This document shows, piece by piece, positions 63,163 through 64,000 of a stretch of 64,000 nt of DNA. Numbering within the stretch: the stretch's first letter is position 1; every line of letters begins with the position of its first letter. The stretch is taken from NCBI RefSeq assembly GCF_006345805.1, contig NC_042998.1, positions 47,740,001 to 47,804,000 of the forward strand. Direction: 5' to 3'. A program made the translations under genes and the position numbers. The notes beneath the pieces are model-generated. The model ran no database searches, was not told where the DNA came from, and saw only the letters and a program-made list of their open reading frames with translations. The DNA comes from Octopus sinensis. Lineage: Eukaryota.

Positions 63163-64000
63163 ATAGGAGAAGGAAAGATCCAGAGAAGGGAAGACAGAGG
63201 AATATATATATATATGGCAAGATTATTTTCAGTTTCTGCCTACCACATTCACCCACAGGGCTTGGGTTGGCTTGGAACTATGATACAAGATACTTGCGCC
63301 TAAAGTATCATGCAATGGGACTGAACCTAAAACTATGTGGTTGGGAAGCAAACATCTTACCATATAGCCATCTTGGCCTTATTCATCCTAATAATGAATT
63401 TGTGATTCTTTATACAGTAAGAAGGTTGAAAATAGTTTATAGTGTCAGTTATGGTTTGAATAACAGAACAAGGAAATTTCCAAGAATATGATAATTGATG
63501 TAGAATGAGTGGGGGAAAATAGCAGAAAAATACAGAAAAAAGATTGATATTTAATAGGAAAAGCAGAGATGATTTTTTTTTCAGGAAAATTCAGGAAATA
63601 CACAGTCAGTCCTGGTCAAATGGTAGTTTGAAAAATGATGAGTTTGAGGATCACTGCATCTGCAAATCACTGATTTTTATACCACCCATGAATCTAGCAA
63701 AGAGTTTATTTTCTTTCTTTTTTGTTTTAAGAGAGCCAAAACTTGAAACCAGATGATGGCCTAGTGCTTAAGAATCTGAAATGGTTATGTTTATAGCAAC
63801 AAAGTTAATTTATTTAATGTAAGAAGCATTAAAATGCTAACTAGAAAGAAAAATGTGACAAGGAAAAAGTTATGTTAGTTCAATAACACTGACTTACAAT
63901 ATTTTTTTACCAAATTCTTGCTGCAGTAGTGATTTGGCATAGAAAAATAGAATTATTCAGAGAATAATTATTTCAGAGATGCCATTCACAATAACAAAAC

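Noticed and set aside
63544-63756. Weak resemblance to a mariner transposase C-terminus
   Set aside because: Too degenerate to support without an alignment.
1-64000. Conserved bilaterian miRNAs, rRNA or snRNA genes
   Set aside because: None recognised by eye. An Rfam/MirGeneDB search would be needed to exclude them.

Overview
AT-rich eukaryotic (animal) genomic DNA, most likely a coleoid cephalopod such as Octopus. This is inferred from its SINE families and (TA)n/(AAT)n/(CA)n microsatellites, not from a database search. I see no intact protein-coding gene. The supplied ORFs are microsatellite or repeat read-throughs, or decayed transposon fragments. The window is a mosaic of three tRNA-derived SINE families, many 5'-truncated copies of an RTE-type LINE 3'UTR, a Tx1/L1 3' end, a DD37D (maT) transposase relic, hAT/piggyBac/pogo-type MITEs and several Penelope-like element (PLE) relics. 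Most notable is a near-canonical minimal type I hammerhead ribozyme (42349-42389) in the loop of a 119-bp inverted repeat with 7 mismatches. A second minimal hammerhead (63128-63162, minus strand) and several decayed ones sit in PLE-type termini. Also notable: a tandem array of putative H-type pseudoknots in the LINE 3'UTR, an apparent CpG-depletion boundary near 44.5 kb, a ~340-bp inverted duplication 3.3 kb apart, and candidate minus-strand non-coding exons and promoters at 20-27 kb. Repeat boundaries are by eye and approximate unless TIR/TSD positions are given.
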